Program-made: the position numbers and the translations under genes | The notes under the pieces: generated by a model | Told to the model about the DNA's origin: nothing | What the model saw: the letters and a program-made list of their open reading frames with translations, nothing else | Databases searched by the model: none | Shown: positions 44,700 through 54,099 of the stretch, in pieces | How positions within the stretch are numbered: the first letter of the stretch is position 1 | How the letters are laid out: every line of letters begins with the position of its first letter | NCBI GenBank assembly: GCA_046565705.1 | Contig: JBKHYE010000114.1 | Coordinates: 2,164-66,163 of the forward strand | Source: Actinomycetes bacterium | GTDB taxonomy: Bacteria > Actinomycetota > Actinomycetes > Mycobacteriales > SCTD01 | Direction of reading: 5' to 3' | DNA length: 64,000 nt

Positions 44700-44703
44700 C
44701 GGG

Positions 44704-45183
44704 TCAGTGGCTGCCTGGATCGACCTGCAGCTGCAGGTACGCCTGCTCGCCCAGCGTCTCGACGAGCGAGATCTGCGTCTCGAGGTAGTCGACGTGCTCC
44801 TCCTCGGACTTCAGGATCTCCTCGAGCAGCAGCCGGGTCACCGTGTCGGCCTTGTCCTGGCAGACGACGATGCCGCGGCGCAGCGCCTCCATGGCGTGCA
44901 CCTCGACACCGAGGTCGGCCGCCAGCTGCTCGGGCACCGTCTCGCCGATGCGCACCGGGTCGAGCCGCTGCACGTTCGGGTGCCCCTCGAGGAACAGGAT
45001 CCGCTCGATGAGCAGGTCGGCGTGCTTCATCTCGTCGATCGACTCGCCGTAGGTGTAGTCGCCGAGCCTGGTGAAGCCCCAGTTCTTCTGCATCCGCGCG
45101 TGCAGGAAGTACTGGTTGACGGCGGTGAGCTCGTTGGTCAGGACCTCGTTGAGGATCTCGATGACCTCGGGGTCGCCCTGCAC
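44704..45183 (-). CDS. bfr: Bacterioferritin
   Basis: GTG 45183 after GAGGAGG. VIEILNEVLTNELTAVNQYFLHARM, haem-ligand Met in ESIDEMKHAD, ferroxidase residues EEEHVDYLE. Confidence 0.93.
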   Translation of the reverse strand: MQGDPEVIEILNEVLTNELTAVNQYFLHARMQKNWGFTRLGDYTYGESIDEMKHADLLIERILFLEGHPNVQRLDPVRIGETVPEQLAADLGVEVHAMEALRRGIVVCQDKADTVTRLLLEEILKSEEEHVDYLETQISLVETLGEQAYLQLQVDPGSH

Positions 45184-45266
45184 GGTGCCTCCTCGACTGC
45201 GGCGTGCTGCGGCCTGTCGTGACCGAACCGACCGACGGCCACGGCCGCAGGCTAGCGGCGCGCGGC

Positions 45267-45476
45267 TCAGCCTGCGAGAGCGGCAGCCGGCGACGTGGCG
45301 TCGGAGGACGCCGGCCCGAGTGCCTGCTCGATGCGGGCGCGCAGGGAGGACAGGCAGCCGCCGCAGCCGGTGCCGGCGTGCGTCGCGCGGACGACGGAGC
45401 GGGCGTCGCGCGCGCCGGCGCTGATCGCGGCGTCGACAGCGCGCTCGCTCACGACGCGGCAGTGGCAGACCAGCAC
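45267..45476 (-). CDS. bfd: Bacterioferritin-associated ferredoxin (2Fe-2S)
   Basis: 69 aa. VCHC near the N-terminus and GTGCGGC later, the C-x-C...C-x2-C pattern of Bfd. It lies directly upstream of bfr. Confidence 0.85.
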   Translation of the reverse strand: MLVCHCRVVSERAVDAAISAGARDARSVVRATHAGTGCGGCLSSLRARIEQALGPASSDATSPAAALAG

Positions 45477-45500
45477 GGGACGGGCTCCTCGATCGGCGAC

Positions 45501-45519
45501 TGAGGTAAAGGGAACCTTA
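45501..45519. promoter_or_regulatory. IdeR/DtxR-type iron box upstream of bfd-bfr
   Basis: TGAGGTAAAGGGAACCTTA matches about 15/19 positions of the iron-box consensus TWAGGTWAGSCTWACCTWA. It lies 25-43 nt upstream of the bfd GTG in an otherwise GC-rich spacer. Confidence 0.5.
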
Positions 45520-45572
45520 GCCGCCGGACGGGCCGGCGTCGAGGGGTGGCCCTGCTCACCGCCCTCGCGGGG

Positions 45573-47057
45573 TCACCCCTCCCCCAGCCAGCGGGCCAGC
45601 TTCCCGCCCCGGGCGACGGCGCGCAGCCGGTCCTCGACCTCGGCGCGCACCTCGCTCGGGACGACGAACAGCACGGAGTCGCCGCGCAGCAGCGCGGTGT
45701 TCGGGCCCGGGACGAGCGGGCGGCCGTCGCGGACGATGAGCGTCGTCTGCGCCCCGGCCGGCAGCCGCAGCTCGTCGACGTAGACGCCGTGCAGTCGGGA
45801 CCCGGGGCCGATCCGCACGCGCACGAGGTCGGCTCGCAGGTCGTCGAGAGGTGCGGTCTCCACCTCGAGCTCTCGCACCTGGTCGGGGTCGTCCACGCCC
45901 AGTCGGCGCGCGACACGGGGCAGCGTCGGCGCTTGCGCGAGCGTGAAGACGACGACGAGCACGAACACGACGTCCAGCACCCGCTCGGCGTCCGGGACCT
46001 GCTGGGTGACGGGGATCGTGGTGAGCACGATCGGCACCGCGCCGCGCAGTCCCGCCCACGCCACGAAGCCCTGCTCCCGCCACGGCACACCCAGCGGCAG
46101 CAGCGAGACGAGCACGGCGAGCGGCCGGGCCAGGACGACGAGCACCGCCCCGACCACGAGTGCCAGCGGGAGGGCGCCCGGCAGGCGCTCCGGAGACGCG
46201 AGCAGCCCGAGCAGGACGTACAGCCCGACCTCCGCCATGAGCGCGACCGAGCTGACGAAGCCGAAGACCGACCGCTGGTGCGGCAGCCGGCTGTTGCCGA
46301 GCACCAGGCCCGACAGGTAGGCAGCCATGAACCCGCTCGCACCGATCGCGGTGGTGCCCGAGTAGGCCAGCAGCACCAGCGCCAGCGTGGCCAGCGGGTA
46401 GAGGCCGGCGGACGGCAGTGCCACCCGAGAGAGCAGACCTCGTCCGAGGCGCCCGACCAGCAGGCCCGCGGCCGCTCCGACGACCAGCTGGAAGACGACG
46501 CCGCCGATGGCGGCCCACACCGACTGCTCCCCCCATGCGTCGGACGACGCGAGCACGACCAGCACGGCCACCGGCGCGTCGTTCAACCCGGACTCGGCCT
46601 CGAGCATCGCGCCGACCCGCTTGCGCAGCGGCAGCCGGCGCAGCACCGAGAAGACCGCGGACGCGTCGGTGGAGCCGATCACCGCGCCGAGGATGACCGC
46701 CGTGCGCAGTTCGACACCCAGCAGCAGGTGCGCCGCCGCGGCGACCACGGCGACGGTCACTCCCACGCCCAGCGTCGCCAGCAGCAGCGCGTGCGGCAGC
46801 ACCGGGCGCATGGTCGACCAGCGGGTGGTGAGCCCGCCCTCGGCGAGGATGACCGCCAGGGCGATCAGACCCAGGTCCGCCGTCAGCCGGTAGTCGGTGA
46901 ACTCGATGCCGAGGCCCGCCTCGCCGGCCAGCAGGCCGATGGCGAGGTAGACCAGCAGGACCGGCAGGCCGGTGCGGCTCGACAGCCGGACGGCGACGAC
47001 GCTGACGAGCAGGACGACGCAGGCTGCGAGCAGGACGAGGTTGACCCCCTGGTCCAC
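45573..47057 (-). CDS. K+/H+ (cation:proton) antiporter, CPA1 NhaP2/CvrA-like with C-terminal TrkA-C domain
   Basis: GTG 47057 after GGGGAGGA. 10-12 TM segments with GSTDASAVFSVL and ESGLNDAPVAVL. The C-terminal soluble domain is LRLPAGAQTTLIVRDGRPLVPGPNTALLRGDSVLFVV. Confidence 0.85.
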   Translation of the reverse strand: MDQGVNLVLLAACVVLLVSVVAVRLSSRTGLPVLLVYLAIGLLAGEAGLGIEFTDYRLTADLGLIALAVILAEGGLTTRWSTMRPVLPHALLLATLGVGVTVAVVAAAAHLLLGVELRTAVILGAVIGSTDASAVFSVLRRLPLRKRVGAMLEAESGLNDAPVAVLVVLASSDAWGEQSVWAAIGGVVFQLVVGAAAGLLVGRLGRGLLSRVALPSAGLYPLATLALVLLAYSGTTAIGASGFMAAYLSGLVLGNSRLPHQRSVFGFVSSVALMAEVGLYVLLGLLASPERLPGALPLALVVGAVLVVLARPLAVLVSLLPLGVPWREQGFVAWAGLRGAVPIVLTTIPVTQQVPDAERVLDVVFVLVVVFTLAQAPTLPRVARRLGVDDPDQVRELEVETAPLDDLRADLVRVRIGPGSRLHGVYVDELRLPAGAQTTLIVRDGRPLVPGPNTALLRGDSVLFVVPSEVRAEVEDRLRAVARGGKLARWLGEG

Positions 47058-47083
47058 CTCGTCCTCCCCTCGTCGTCACGCGA

Positions 47084-49702
47084 TCAGATGCGGGCGCCTC
47101 CGCCGCGCGTCTGGAAGATCGGCTGCGGGCCGCGCTTGCGCGTGTTCGCGCTCGTGTAGCCCTTGCGCTTCGGCATCGGCGGCGGCTGCTTGCTGCGCTT
47201 CTCGAACAGCAGCACCAGCGGCGAGCACAGGAAGGCCGAGGAGTAGGTGCCGACCAGCAGACCGACGAGCAGCGCGATCGCGAAGTCCTGCAGCGAGTCG
47301 CCGCCCAGCACGGCGAGCGCGGCCAGGATGAACATCGCACCGAGACCGGTGTTGATGGTGCGCGGCGCCGTCGACAGGATCGCCGAGTTCACGATGCCCG
47401 GCAGCGGCCGCGTGCGGTGCGCGCCCCACGTCTCGCGGATGCGGTCGAGGGTGACGATCGAGTCGTTGATCGACACACCGATGATCGTCAGCGCCGCCGC
47501 GAGGAAGATCGAGTCGATCGGCTTCTGCAGCCAGGCGAAGACGCCGACGACGATGAGCACGTCGTGGAACATCGCGATCACCGCGGCGCTCGAGAACGTC
47601 CAGCGGAAGCGGACCGCCAGGTAGATCAGCTGCGCGAGCAGCGCGATGGCCAGCGCGATGATCGCCTTGGTGCGCAGCTCGGTGCCCAGCGTCGGCCCGA
47701 TCGTGTCGTCGCGCTCGAGCGTCAGCTCGCCGCCGACGTCCGCCAGGGCGGCGGCGATGCGCTGCTCGTCCTCGGCGCTGATGTCGCCGGTGCGCACCGC
47801 GATGTTCGGGTCCTCCGGGTCGCCGGCCTCCTGCACGACGGCGGTCGGGAACCCGGCCTCCGACACGGCCTTGCGCGCATCGCTGACCGACACGTCCTCG
47901 CTGGTGGCGTACTCGACCACCCGGCCACCGGTGAACTCGACGCCGAAGTTGAAGCCACGGACGAACATGCCGGCGATCGCGATGAGCACGAAGACCACCG
48001 AGATCGTGATCCACATCCGGCTCTTGCCCATGAGGTCGGGCTGCCGTCGCTCGAGGAACTCGCGGAACCGGCCGAGGGTGCCGAACCCGGACAGCTTCGG
48101 CCGCCGGAAGACGATGCCCCGCTTGACCGCGAACTCGGCCAGCACGCGGGTGACGAGCAGCGCCGACACCATCGAGGCGAGCACACCGATCGTCAGCGTC
48201 ACACCGAAGCCGCGGACCGGGCCGGCGGCGAGGAAGAACAGCAGCGCCGCCGCCAGCAGCGTCGTGACGTTGGAGTCGGCGATGGCGCTGAACGCCTTGG
48301 AGAAGCCGCTGTCGAGCGCGGCGATGAGCCGGCCGCCCTTGCGCGCGGCGAACTCCTCGCGGGTGCGCTCGAAGACCAGCACGTTGGCGTCGATGGCCAG
48401 ACCGGCGGACAGCAGCAGACCGCCGAGGCCCGGCAGCGTCAGCGTGGCGCCGAGAGCGACGAGCGTGCCGTAGGAGATGACGCCGTACGACGCCAGCGCG
48501 ATCGCGGCCAGCAAGCCGGCGAGCCGGTAGACGAGCACCAGGAACAGCCCGGTCAGGGCGACGCCGATGATGCCGGCCTTCCAGCTGGCGTCGATCGCGT
48601 CCTCGCCGAGCGTCGGGCCGACGAACGAGCGGCTGATCGTCTCGACCGGCACCGGCAGCGCACCGCCCTTGATGAGGACGGCGAGGTTCTGCGCCTCCTC
48701 CTGGGTGAAGTCGCCGGTGATCTGGGTGCTGCCGCCCTGGATGCCGACGCCGCACTGCACGCTGGTCTCGACCTGCGGCGAGGAGATCACGGCGCCGTCG
48801 AGCACGATCGCGATGCGCCGCCGCGGGTCGCCCGGCGGCTGGCAGGCGGCCTCCGCGGTGATGCGCTCCCACTCCCGGCCGCCGTCGCCCCGGAACTCGA
48901 TGGAGACGTACCGGCCGACGCCGGTCGTCTGGTCGGCGACGACGGCGGCGTCCCCGACGCCCTCACCGGTCAGCGCGGCGGGGCCGATCCGGATGACGTC
49001 GTCCTGGTCGGAGAGCAGGCTCTGCTCCTGCGTGGGGTCGAACTGCACCGGGTCCCGCAGCTCGGTGTCATCCTCGTCGGCCTGGTCGCCCTCGAGCTCT
49101 CCCGCAGACTCGCGGGAGTCCGTCGGGGACGGCGACGGGGACGGCGAGGTCGCCTGCGTGAAGGCGACCGGCTCCATCGCGGGCGCGTCGACGAGCGGTG
49201 CGGCCGTCGGGCTCGTGGTCGGAGCGGGGCTCTGCGTGCCCTCGGTGCCCGGCTCGACCGGCACCTCCTCCACCGACGGCGACGGGATCGGCAGCTGCGG
49301 CTGCCCGGCGAGCTGCTCCTGCTGCTCCGGCGGCAGGGCGCTCGGGTCGCCGGGGCCGAGCACCGGGTGGAACGTCAGCTGCGCGGTCCGGCCGACCGCC
49401 TCCTCGGCGGCGGCCGGGTCGTCGACCCCGGGCAGCTCGACGATGATCCGGTTGGTGCCGGAGCGCGCCAGCGTGGGCTCGGCGACGCCCAGGGCGTCGA
49501 CCCGGCGGCGGAGCACCTCGAGCGCCCGGTCGGTGGCCTCGGCGTCGGCCTCCGTGGTCGGCGAGTCCCTCGTCTCGAGCACGATCTGGGTGCCGCCGCG
49601 CAGGTCGAGGCCCAGCTTGGGGTCCTTCGTCACCGCGAAGAAGCCGGTCAGCCCCACCACGAGCAGGGCGACCAGGGCGCGCCACACGGCGGGGCGGTTC
49701 AT
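47084..49702 (-). CDS. secDF: Fused protein-export membrane protein SecDF
   Basis: ATG 49702 after GAGGAG. The SecD part (LGLDLRGGTQIVLE, RVDALGVAEP) has a roughly 120-aa Pro/acidic low-complexity insert. It continues without a stop into the SecF part (FNFGVEFTGGRVVEY, IGPTLGTELR, IGVSINDSIVTLDRIRE). Confidence 0.88.
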   Translation of the reverse strand: MNRPAVWRALVALLVVGLTGFFAVTKDPKLGLDLRGGTQIVLETRDSPTTEADAEATDRALEVLRRRVDALGVAEPTLARSGTNRIIVELPGVDDPAAAEEAVGRTAQLTFHPVLGPGDPSALPPEQQEQLAGQPQLPIPSPSVEEVPVEPGTEGTQSPAPTTSPTAAPLVDAPAMEPVAFTQATSPSPSPSPTDSRESAGELEGDQADEDDTELRDPVQFDPTQEQSLLSDQDDVIRIGPAALTGEGVGDAAVVADQTTGVGRYVSIEFRGDGGREWERITAEAACQPPGDPRRRIAIVLDGAVISSPQVETSVQCGVGIQGGSTQITGDFTQEEAQNLAVLIKGGALPVPVETISRSFVGPTLGEDAIDASWKAGIIGVALTGLFLVLVYRLAGLLAAIALASYGVISYGTLVALGATLTLPGLGGLLLSAGLAIDANVLVFERTREEFAARKGGRLIAALDSGFSKAFSAIADSNVTTLLAAALLFFLAAGPVRGFGVTLTIGVLASMVSALLVTRVLAEFAVKRGIVFRRPKLSGFGTLGRFREFLERRQPDLMGKSRMWITISVVFVLIAIAGMFVRGFNFGVEFTGGRVVEYATSEDVSVSDARKAVSEAGFPTAVVQEAGDPEDPNIAVRTGDISAEDEQRIAAALADVGGELTLERDDTIGPTLGTELRTKAIIALAIALLAQLIYLAVRFRWTFSSAAVIAMFHDVLIVVGVFAWLQKPIDSIFLAAALTIIGVSINDSIVTLDRIRETWGAHRTRPLPGIVNSAILSTAPRTINTGLGAMFILAALAVLGGDSLQDFAIALLVGLLVGTYSSAFLCSPLVLLFEKRSKQPPPMPKRKGYTSANTRKRGPQPIFQTRGGGARI

Positions 49703-49778
49703 GAGCAGGGCTCCTCGACAGGGGTCACCGGGTCAGAGACCGGCGGGCCGGACGCTGGCGGCGACCCTACCGGCGCGC

Positions 49779-51398
49779 TCAGCTGCCCGCGGGTGCGCTC
49801 CCGGCCACCAACGGCTCGAGCACCACGTCCGGGTGGTCCCGCAGCACCCGCTGCAGCCGCCACGTGCCGCCGAGCAGCGCCAGCAGTGCGCCGTCGCTGG
49901 TCCGCTCCAGCACCTCGACGCCGCTCTCGGCGTCGAGCACCTTGGCCCAGCGGGCGTCGGTGCGGCGCGCGACGGAGTAGTCGAGCCGGGTCAGCGTCAC
50001 CGGCGCGCCGAACTCGGTCGCCATCCGGTGCTCGGCCACCTCGAACTGCATCGGGCCGACGGCGGCGAGCACCGGCGCCTGGTCGCCGCGCAGGTCCGAC
50101 CGCAGGACCTGCACGGTGCCCTCCTGCTCGAGCTGCTCGATGCCGCGCCGGAACTGCTTGTAGCGGCCGGAGTCGACCGCGCGGCAGACCGCGAAGTGCT
50201 CCGGCGCGAAGCTCGGGATCGGCGGGAAGACGACCGGCTCGTCGACGTAGAGGCTGTCGCCGACCCGCAGCGCGCTGGCGTTGACCAGGCCGACGACGTC
50301 GCCCGGGTAGGCGACGTCGACGGTCTCGCGGTCACGCCCGAAGACCTGCTGGGCGTACTTGGTGGCGAACGGCTTGCCGGTCGCGGCGTGCGTGACGACG
50401 GTGCCGCGCTCGAAGACACCGGAGCACACCCGCACGTACGCCAGCCGGTCGCGGTGGTGGGAGTCCATGCCGGCCTGGATCTTGAAGACGAAGGCGCTGA
50501 ACGGCGCCTCGACCGGCCGCGGCTCGCCCTTCTGGTCCTCGCGCGCACCCGGCGGCGGCGCGAGCGCCAGCAGCGTGTCGAGCAGCTGGCGGACGCCGAA
50601 GTTCAGCACGGCGGACCCGAACAGCACCGGCGTCGTCCGGCCGGCGAGGAACGCGTCCTGGTCGTGGTCCTGGCCCATGGCGCCGAGCAGCTCGGCCTCC
50701 TCGACCGCCGTGGTCCAGGCGTCGCCCTCCCGCGCGGCGGCGACCTCGGCAGGCAGCCGCTCCTCCGGCGCGACGGTCGCGCCGCCCGCGGTGCGGGTGA
50801 ACCGGATGAACTCACCGGTCGCGCGGTCGAGCACGCCGCGGAAGTCGCCGGCGATGCCGACCGGCCAGGTGAGCGGGGTCGGCTCGAGACCGGTGCGGTC
50901 GCGGATCTCGTCCATGAGCTGGAGCGCCTCGAGGCCCGGGCGGTCCCACTTGTTGACGACCGTGATCACCGGGATGCCGCGGTGCTTGCAGACGTCGAAC
51001 AGCTTCATCGTCTGCGGCTCGAGGCCCTTCGCCGCGTCGAGCAGCATCACGGCGCAGTCGACGGCGGCGAGCACGCGGTAGGTGTCCTCGGAGAAGTCCG
51101 CGTGGCCCGGGGTGTCGAGCAGGTTGATGACGGCGTCCGCGTAGGAGAACTGCAGCGCCGCCGAGCTGATGGAGATGCCGCGGGCCTTCTCCATGTCCAT
51201 CCAGTCGGACACCGTGCTCCTGCGACCGGCCTTGCCGTGGATCGCGCCGGCCTCCTGGATGACCCGGGCGTGCAGCGCGAGCGCCTCGGTGAGCGTCGAC
51301 TTGCCGGCGTCGGGGTGGCTGATGACGGCGAAGGTGCGCCGGCGGGCCGCCTCGCGCAGGGCTGACCGCGCGTCGGTGGCGGGAGCGGGGGCGGTCAC
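49779..51398 (-). CDS. prfC: Peptide chain release factor 3
   Basis: GTG 51398 after GGGAGG. FAVISHPDAGKSTLTE (G1), DTPGHADF (G3), NKWD (G4). Length of 539 aa. Confidence 0.92.
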   Translation of the reverse strand: MTAPAPATDARSALREAARRRTFAVISHPDAGKSTLTEALALHARVIQEAGAIHGKAGRRSTVSDWMDMEKARGISISSAALQFSYADAVINLLDTPGHADFSEDTYRVLAAVDCAVMLLDAAKGLEPQTMKLFDVCKHRGIPVITVVNKWDRPGLEALQLMDEIRDRTGLEPTPLTWPVGIAGDFRGVLDRATGEFIRFTRTAGGATVAPEERLPAEVAAAREGDAWTTAVEEAELLGAMGQDHDQDAFLAGRTTPVLFGSAVLNFGVRQLLDTLLALAPPPGAREDQKGEPRPVEAPFSAFVFKIQAGMDSHHRDRLAYVRVCSGVFERGTVVTHAATGKPFATKYAQQVFGRDRETVDVAYPGDVVGLVNASALRVGDSLYVDEPVVFPPIPSFAPEHFAVCRAVDSGRYKQFRRGIEQLEQEGTVQVLRSDLRGDQAPVLAAVGPMQFEVAEHRMATEFGAPVTLTRLDYSVARRTDARWAKVLDAESGVEVLERTSDGALLALLGGTWRLQRVLRDHPDVVLEPLVAGSAPAGS

Positions 51399-51431
51399 GA
51401 CCTCCCAGGCTACGGCCGCCGCCCGGCCCCG

Positions 51432-51848
51432 CTACCGCGCGCGGGTGTCGACCTCGCCGTCGGGCTTGCCGGGGACCGCGATCGCCGTCCACGAGCCGGG
51501 CGAGCTCACCGACGCGTCGCTGCCCGGCGTCTTCTCGCCGGCGGGAATGCCGTCGTCGGGGCTGGCGGCCTGCGCCGCCTGCACGCCGGGGACCGTCACG
51601 CCGGGCGCGGCGCCGGGCGTCGGGACCGGGGGCACCGCCGGGCCGGGCGGCCTGCCGGGCACCGCCCGGACCGCCTCCCCGCCGGACTGCGGACCGCGCT
51701 CGACGGCGACGACGTCGTCGCGGCGATCCTCGGGCTCCTGCCCCGCCGAGACCGCACCGGACGGCGCGGCGCCGGACGGGACGCCCGCCGACGCGGCGCC
51801 GGGTCCGCCGGTCGCCGGGGCCTGGCCGCTGCTCTGGTGCTCGCTCAT
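51432..51848 (-). CDS. Hypothetical low-complexity (Pro/Gly/Ala-rich) protein
   Basis: ATG 51848 with GGAGCG upstream. GC3 is very high, but the sequence is largely disordered. Protein-coding status is uncertain. Confidence 0.4.
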   Translation of the reverse strand: MSEHQSSGQAPATGGPGAASAGVPSGAAPSGAVSAGQEPEDRRDDVVAVERGPQSGGEAVRAVPGRPPGPAVPPVPTPGAAPGVTVPGVQAAQAASPDDGIPAGEKTPGSDASVSSPGSWTAIAVPGKPDGEVDTRAR

Positions 51849-51957
51849 GGTGACGCTCCGCTGAGGTCGGTCGGTCGCGCGGCGGTCCGCGCCTGCCGCA
51901 CAGCGTGCCCAGGCAGCGCGCGGCTGACGCCTGCCGCGACCGGGCGCTCAGCGACGG

Positions 51958-52170
51958 TCAGACCTGCGGCTGCTCGCCGAGCACGACCTCGTCGAGCTCG
52001 ACGTCGTTGCGCGCGGCCAGCGAGCGCAGGTCGGCCAGGTCGCTGGCCGCGATGGTGGCGACCAGGTCGTCCCCGAGCAGCTCGGCGGCCTGCACCGCGG
52101 TGCTCGCCTCAGCCGCCCGCACCTGCAGCTCCTCGGCGAACGACTCGGACTCTGCGGACACGCTGGTCAT
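51958..52170 (-). CDS. Hypothetical small acidic protein (70 aa)
   Basis: ATG 52170 preceded by GAGGAG. MTSVSAESESFAEELQVRAAEASTAVQAAELLGDDLVATIAASDLADLRSLAARNDVELDEVVLGEQPQV. The track ORF 51958..52317 is over-extended. Confidence 0.5.
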   Translation of the reverse strand: MTSVSAESESFAEELQVRAAEASTAVQAAELLGDDLVATIAASDLADLRSLAARNDVELDEVVLGEQPQV

Positions 52171-52365
52171 CTCGTCTCCTCGGGCACGGGGAGCCGGTGG
52201 GCTCGCGGGTCGCTCTGGCGGGAGCAGGAGGCGTGGATTCCGTCGGGGGCCGGCGGCTACCTGCCCCACACTGCCTGCCGCCACGCGCGGAGGGAAGCGG
52301 CCTGCGACAGATGTCACGCGTCCGTGCCGGTCCTGGCACCCGACCGCCGGGTCGGTCGCGCGGCC

Positions 52366-52845
52366 TCAGCGCAGTGGGGTGCGCTGCCCGCCGAAGCGGA
52401 ACGGCTTGGGCGGCGGGCGCAGGCTGGCCCGCGGGCAGGTCGCCAGGCGCAGCCCGCCGAAGGCCAGCGGCTCGTCGCACAGCGACTCGACGGTCCAGCC
52501 GGCCGCCGTGCCGACGCTGGTGAGCGTCGCCCGGTAGATCGTGATCTCGTACCGGGTGGGCGTGCCGTACGCGACCTCCATGCGGCCGACCAGCGGGGCG
52601 GTCGGCTGGCCGAGCTCGTCCACGCCGGGCCCCTGGTAGCGGTTCCACACGCGCGTCGTCGTGGTCCAGACGCCGCCGTGCGCCGGCGACCGGGTCTCGA
52701 GCTCCCGCACGATCGCGCGGGCCGCTGACTCCGGGACGATCGCCGCCGGCCGGATGACCTCGGTGACGATCCCGTCGTCCTCGAGCTCGGTCCGGAGCAG
52801 CTCGAGCGCCGACGGGTCGCTCGCGCCCGTGGGCAGCTGGTGCAT
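52366..52845 (-). CDS. Hypothetical conserved protein
   Basis: ATG 52845 preceded by AGGAGGA. The composition is globular (TRVWNRYQGPGVDELGQPTAPLVGRMEVAYGTPTRYEITIYRATLTSVG). No family recognised. Confidence 0.6.
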   Translation of the reverse strand: MHQLPTGASDPSALELLRTELEDDGIVTEVIRPAAIVPESAARAIVRELETRSPAHGGVWTTTTRVWNRYQGPGVDELGQPTAPLVGRMEVAYGTPTRYEITIYRATLTSVGTAAGWTVESLCDEPLAFGGLRLATCPRASLRPPPKPFRFGGQRTPLR

Positions 52846-52944
52846 GGCTCTCCTCCTGTCGAGCGGCAGGGCGCTCCCTGTACCTGTCGGCCGCCGGCGA
52901 GCCGGTCTGAACCCGGCGGCCGAGGCGCGTCCGGGACGGAACGG

Positions 52945-54096
52945 TCACCGGAGGGCGAGTGCCGCCTCCGCGGCGGCCAGCCGGTCGGCCGTGTGGGCCG
53001 CCCAGTCCCGTTGCTGCACGCGGTACGGCCCGGTCGCGAGTGAGAGCAGCACGCCGGCGGTCCGGGCCGCGAGCTCCTCGCCGTCGACGGCGGCGGCGAA
53101 CGCCGTGTGCCACTCCGCCCGGCGACCTCGCACGGAGGCGGCCGGCCACCCCGGCAGCAGCGCCAGGACGTCGAGGTGCGCGAGCAGGCAGGCCAGGTCG
53201 TCGGCCCGCCGCCCGCGGCCGGCCCGGTCGACGTCGAGCACCCCGGAGACCCGGCCGGCGTCGTCGAGCAGCAGCTGGCCCTCGTGCAGGTCGCCGTGCA
53301 CGGGATCCTCGCCCGGCGGGGCGCCCGCCAGCAGAGCGGTCACCTTGGCGGCCAGCCGCTCGGCGCGCACGGCGTCGTCGCGGCGGCCGGCAGAGCGCAG
53401 GGCGCGGGCCGCGGCCGCCGCGTAGTGCTCGGCGCCGTCGGACCAGGACGCACGGGCGGGCAGCTCGAGCAGCGGAGGCGGCAGGAGCTCGAGCAGCGCC
53501 AGCAGCTCGCGCCCGCCCGGTGCCGCGCCACCGCCGCGGAGGCGCGCGCGGGCCGGCGTCCCCGGCAGCGCCGGCAGCAGCAGGCGGCCGTCGTCGGTGC
53601 GCGCGTCGACACGCGCGACCGGCAGACCGCACCCGGCGAGGACGGCGTGCCGCACCTCGACCGCGGCGGCCGACGACGGCGGCAGCACCTTGAGGAACCA
53701 CCGGCGTCCGGCGGACGACGCCTCGACGACGGCGCGACGCCCTGGCCGGTAGGTCACGACGCGGAGCACCGGTGGGGCGGCCGCCGACCCGATCAGCGCC
53801 GCGACGCGCGACGGTCGACAGGCGGCGGCGAGGCCCGGCAGCTCGGGGTCGTGCGGCCACCTCCACACGTGCACGCCGGTCGGCGGCGCGACCCCGGCCA
53901 CGGGGCGGCTCGTCGCACCGAGGTGCACCGCGCGCTGCCCCGCGCCGTCGCGCACCCACGCGAGGTAGGACGCCGTCGCGCCGTCGCGGCGCTGGTCGAG
54001 CGAGCGGACGCGCCACGACACCAGCTCGCCGTCGACGGCGGTGCTCAGCCGCCCGCCCATCTCGGGAGCGGCCAGCAGCGCGGCGCCGCCCGGCAC
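52945..54096 (-). CDS. Aminoglycoside phosphotransferase (APH)/kinase-like family protein
   Basis: Brenner motif PVHGDLHEGQLLLD and the downstream VLDVDRAGRG (DxD). FLKVLP looks like a Lys-containing beta3. The start is uncertain. Confidence 0.7.
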   Translation of the reverse strand: MPGGAALLAAPEMGGRLSTAVDGELVSWRVRSLDQRRDGATASYLAWVRDGAGQRAVHLGATSRPVAGVAPPTGVHVWRWPHDPELPGLAAACRPSRVAALIGSAAAPPVLRVVTYRPGRRAVVEASSAGRRWFLKVLPPSSAAAVEVRHAVLAGCGLPVARVDARTDDGRLLLPALPGTPARARLRGGGAAPGGRELLALLELLPPPLLELPARASWSDGAEHYAAAAARALRSAGRRDDAVRAERLAAKVTALLAGAPPGEDPVHGDLHEGQLLLDDAGRVSGVLDVDRAGRGRRADDLACLLAHLDVLALLPGWPAASVRGRRAEWHTAFAAAVDGEELAARTAGVLLSLATGPYRVQQRDWAAHTADRLAAAEAALALR

Positions 54097-54099
54097 CGG

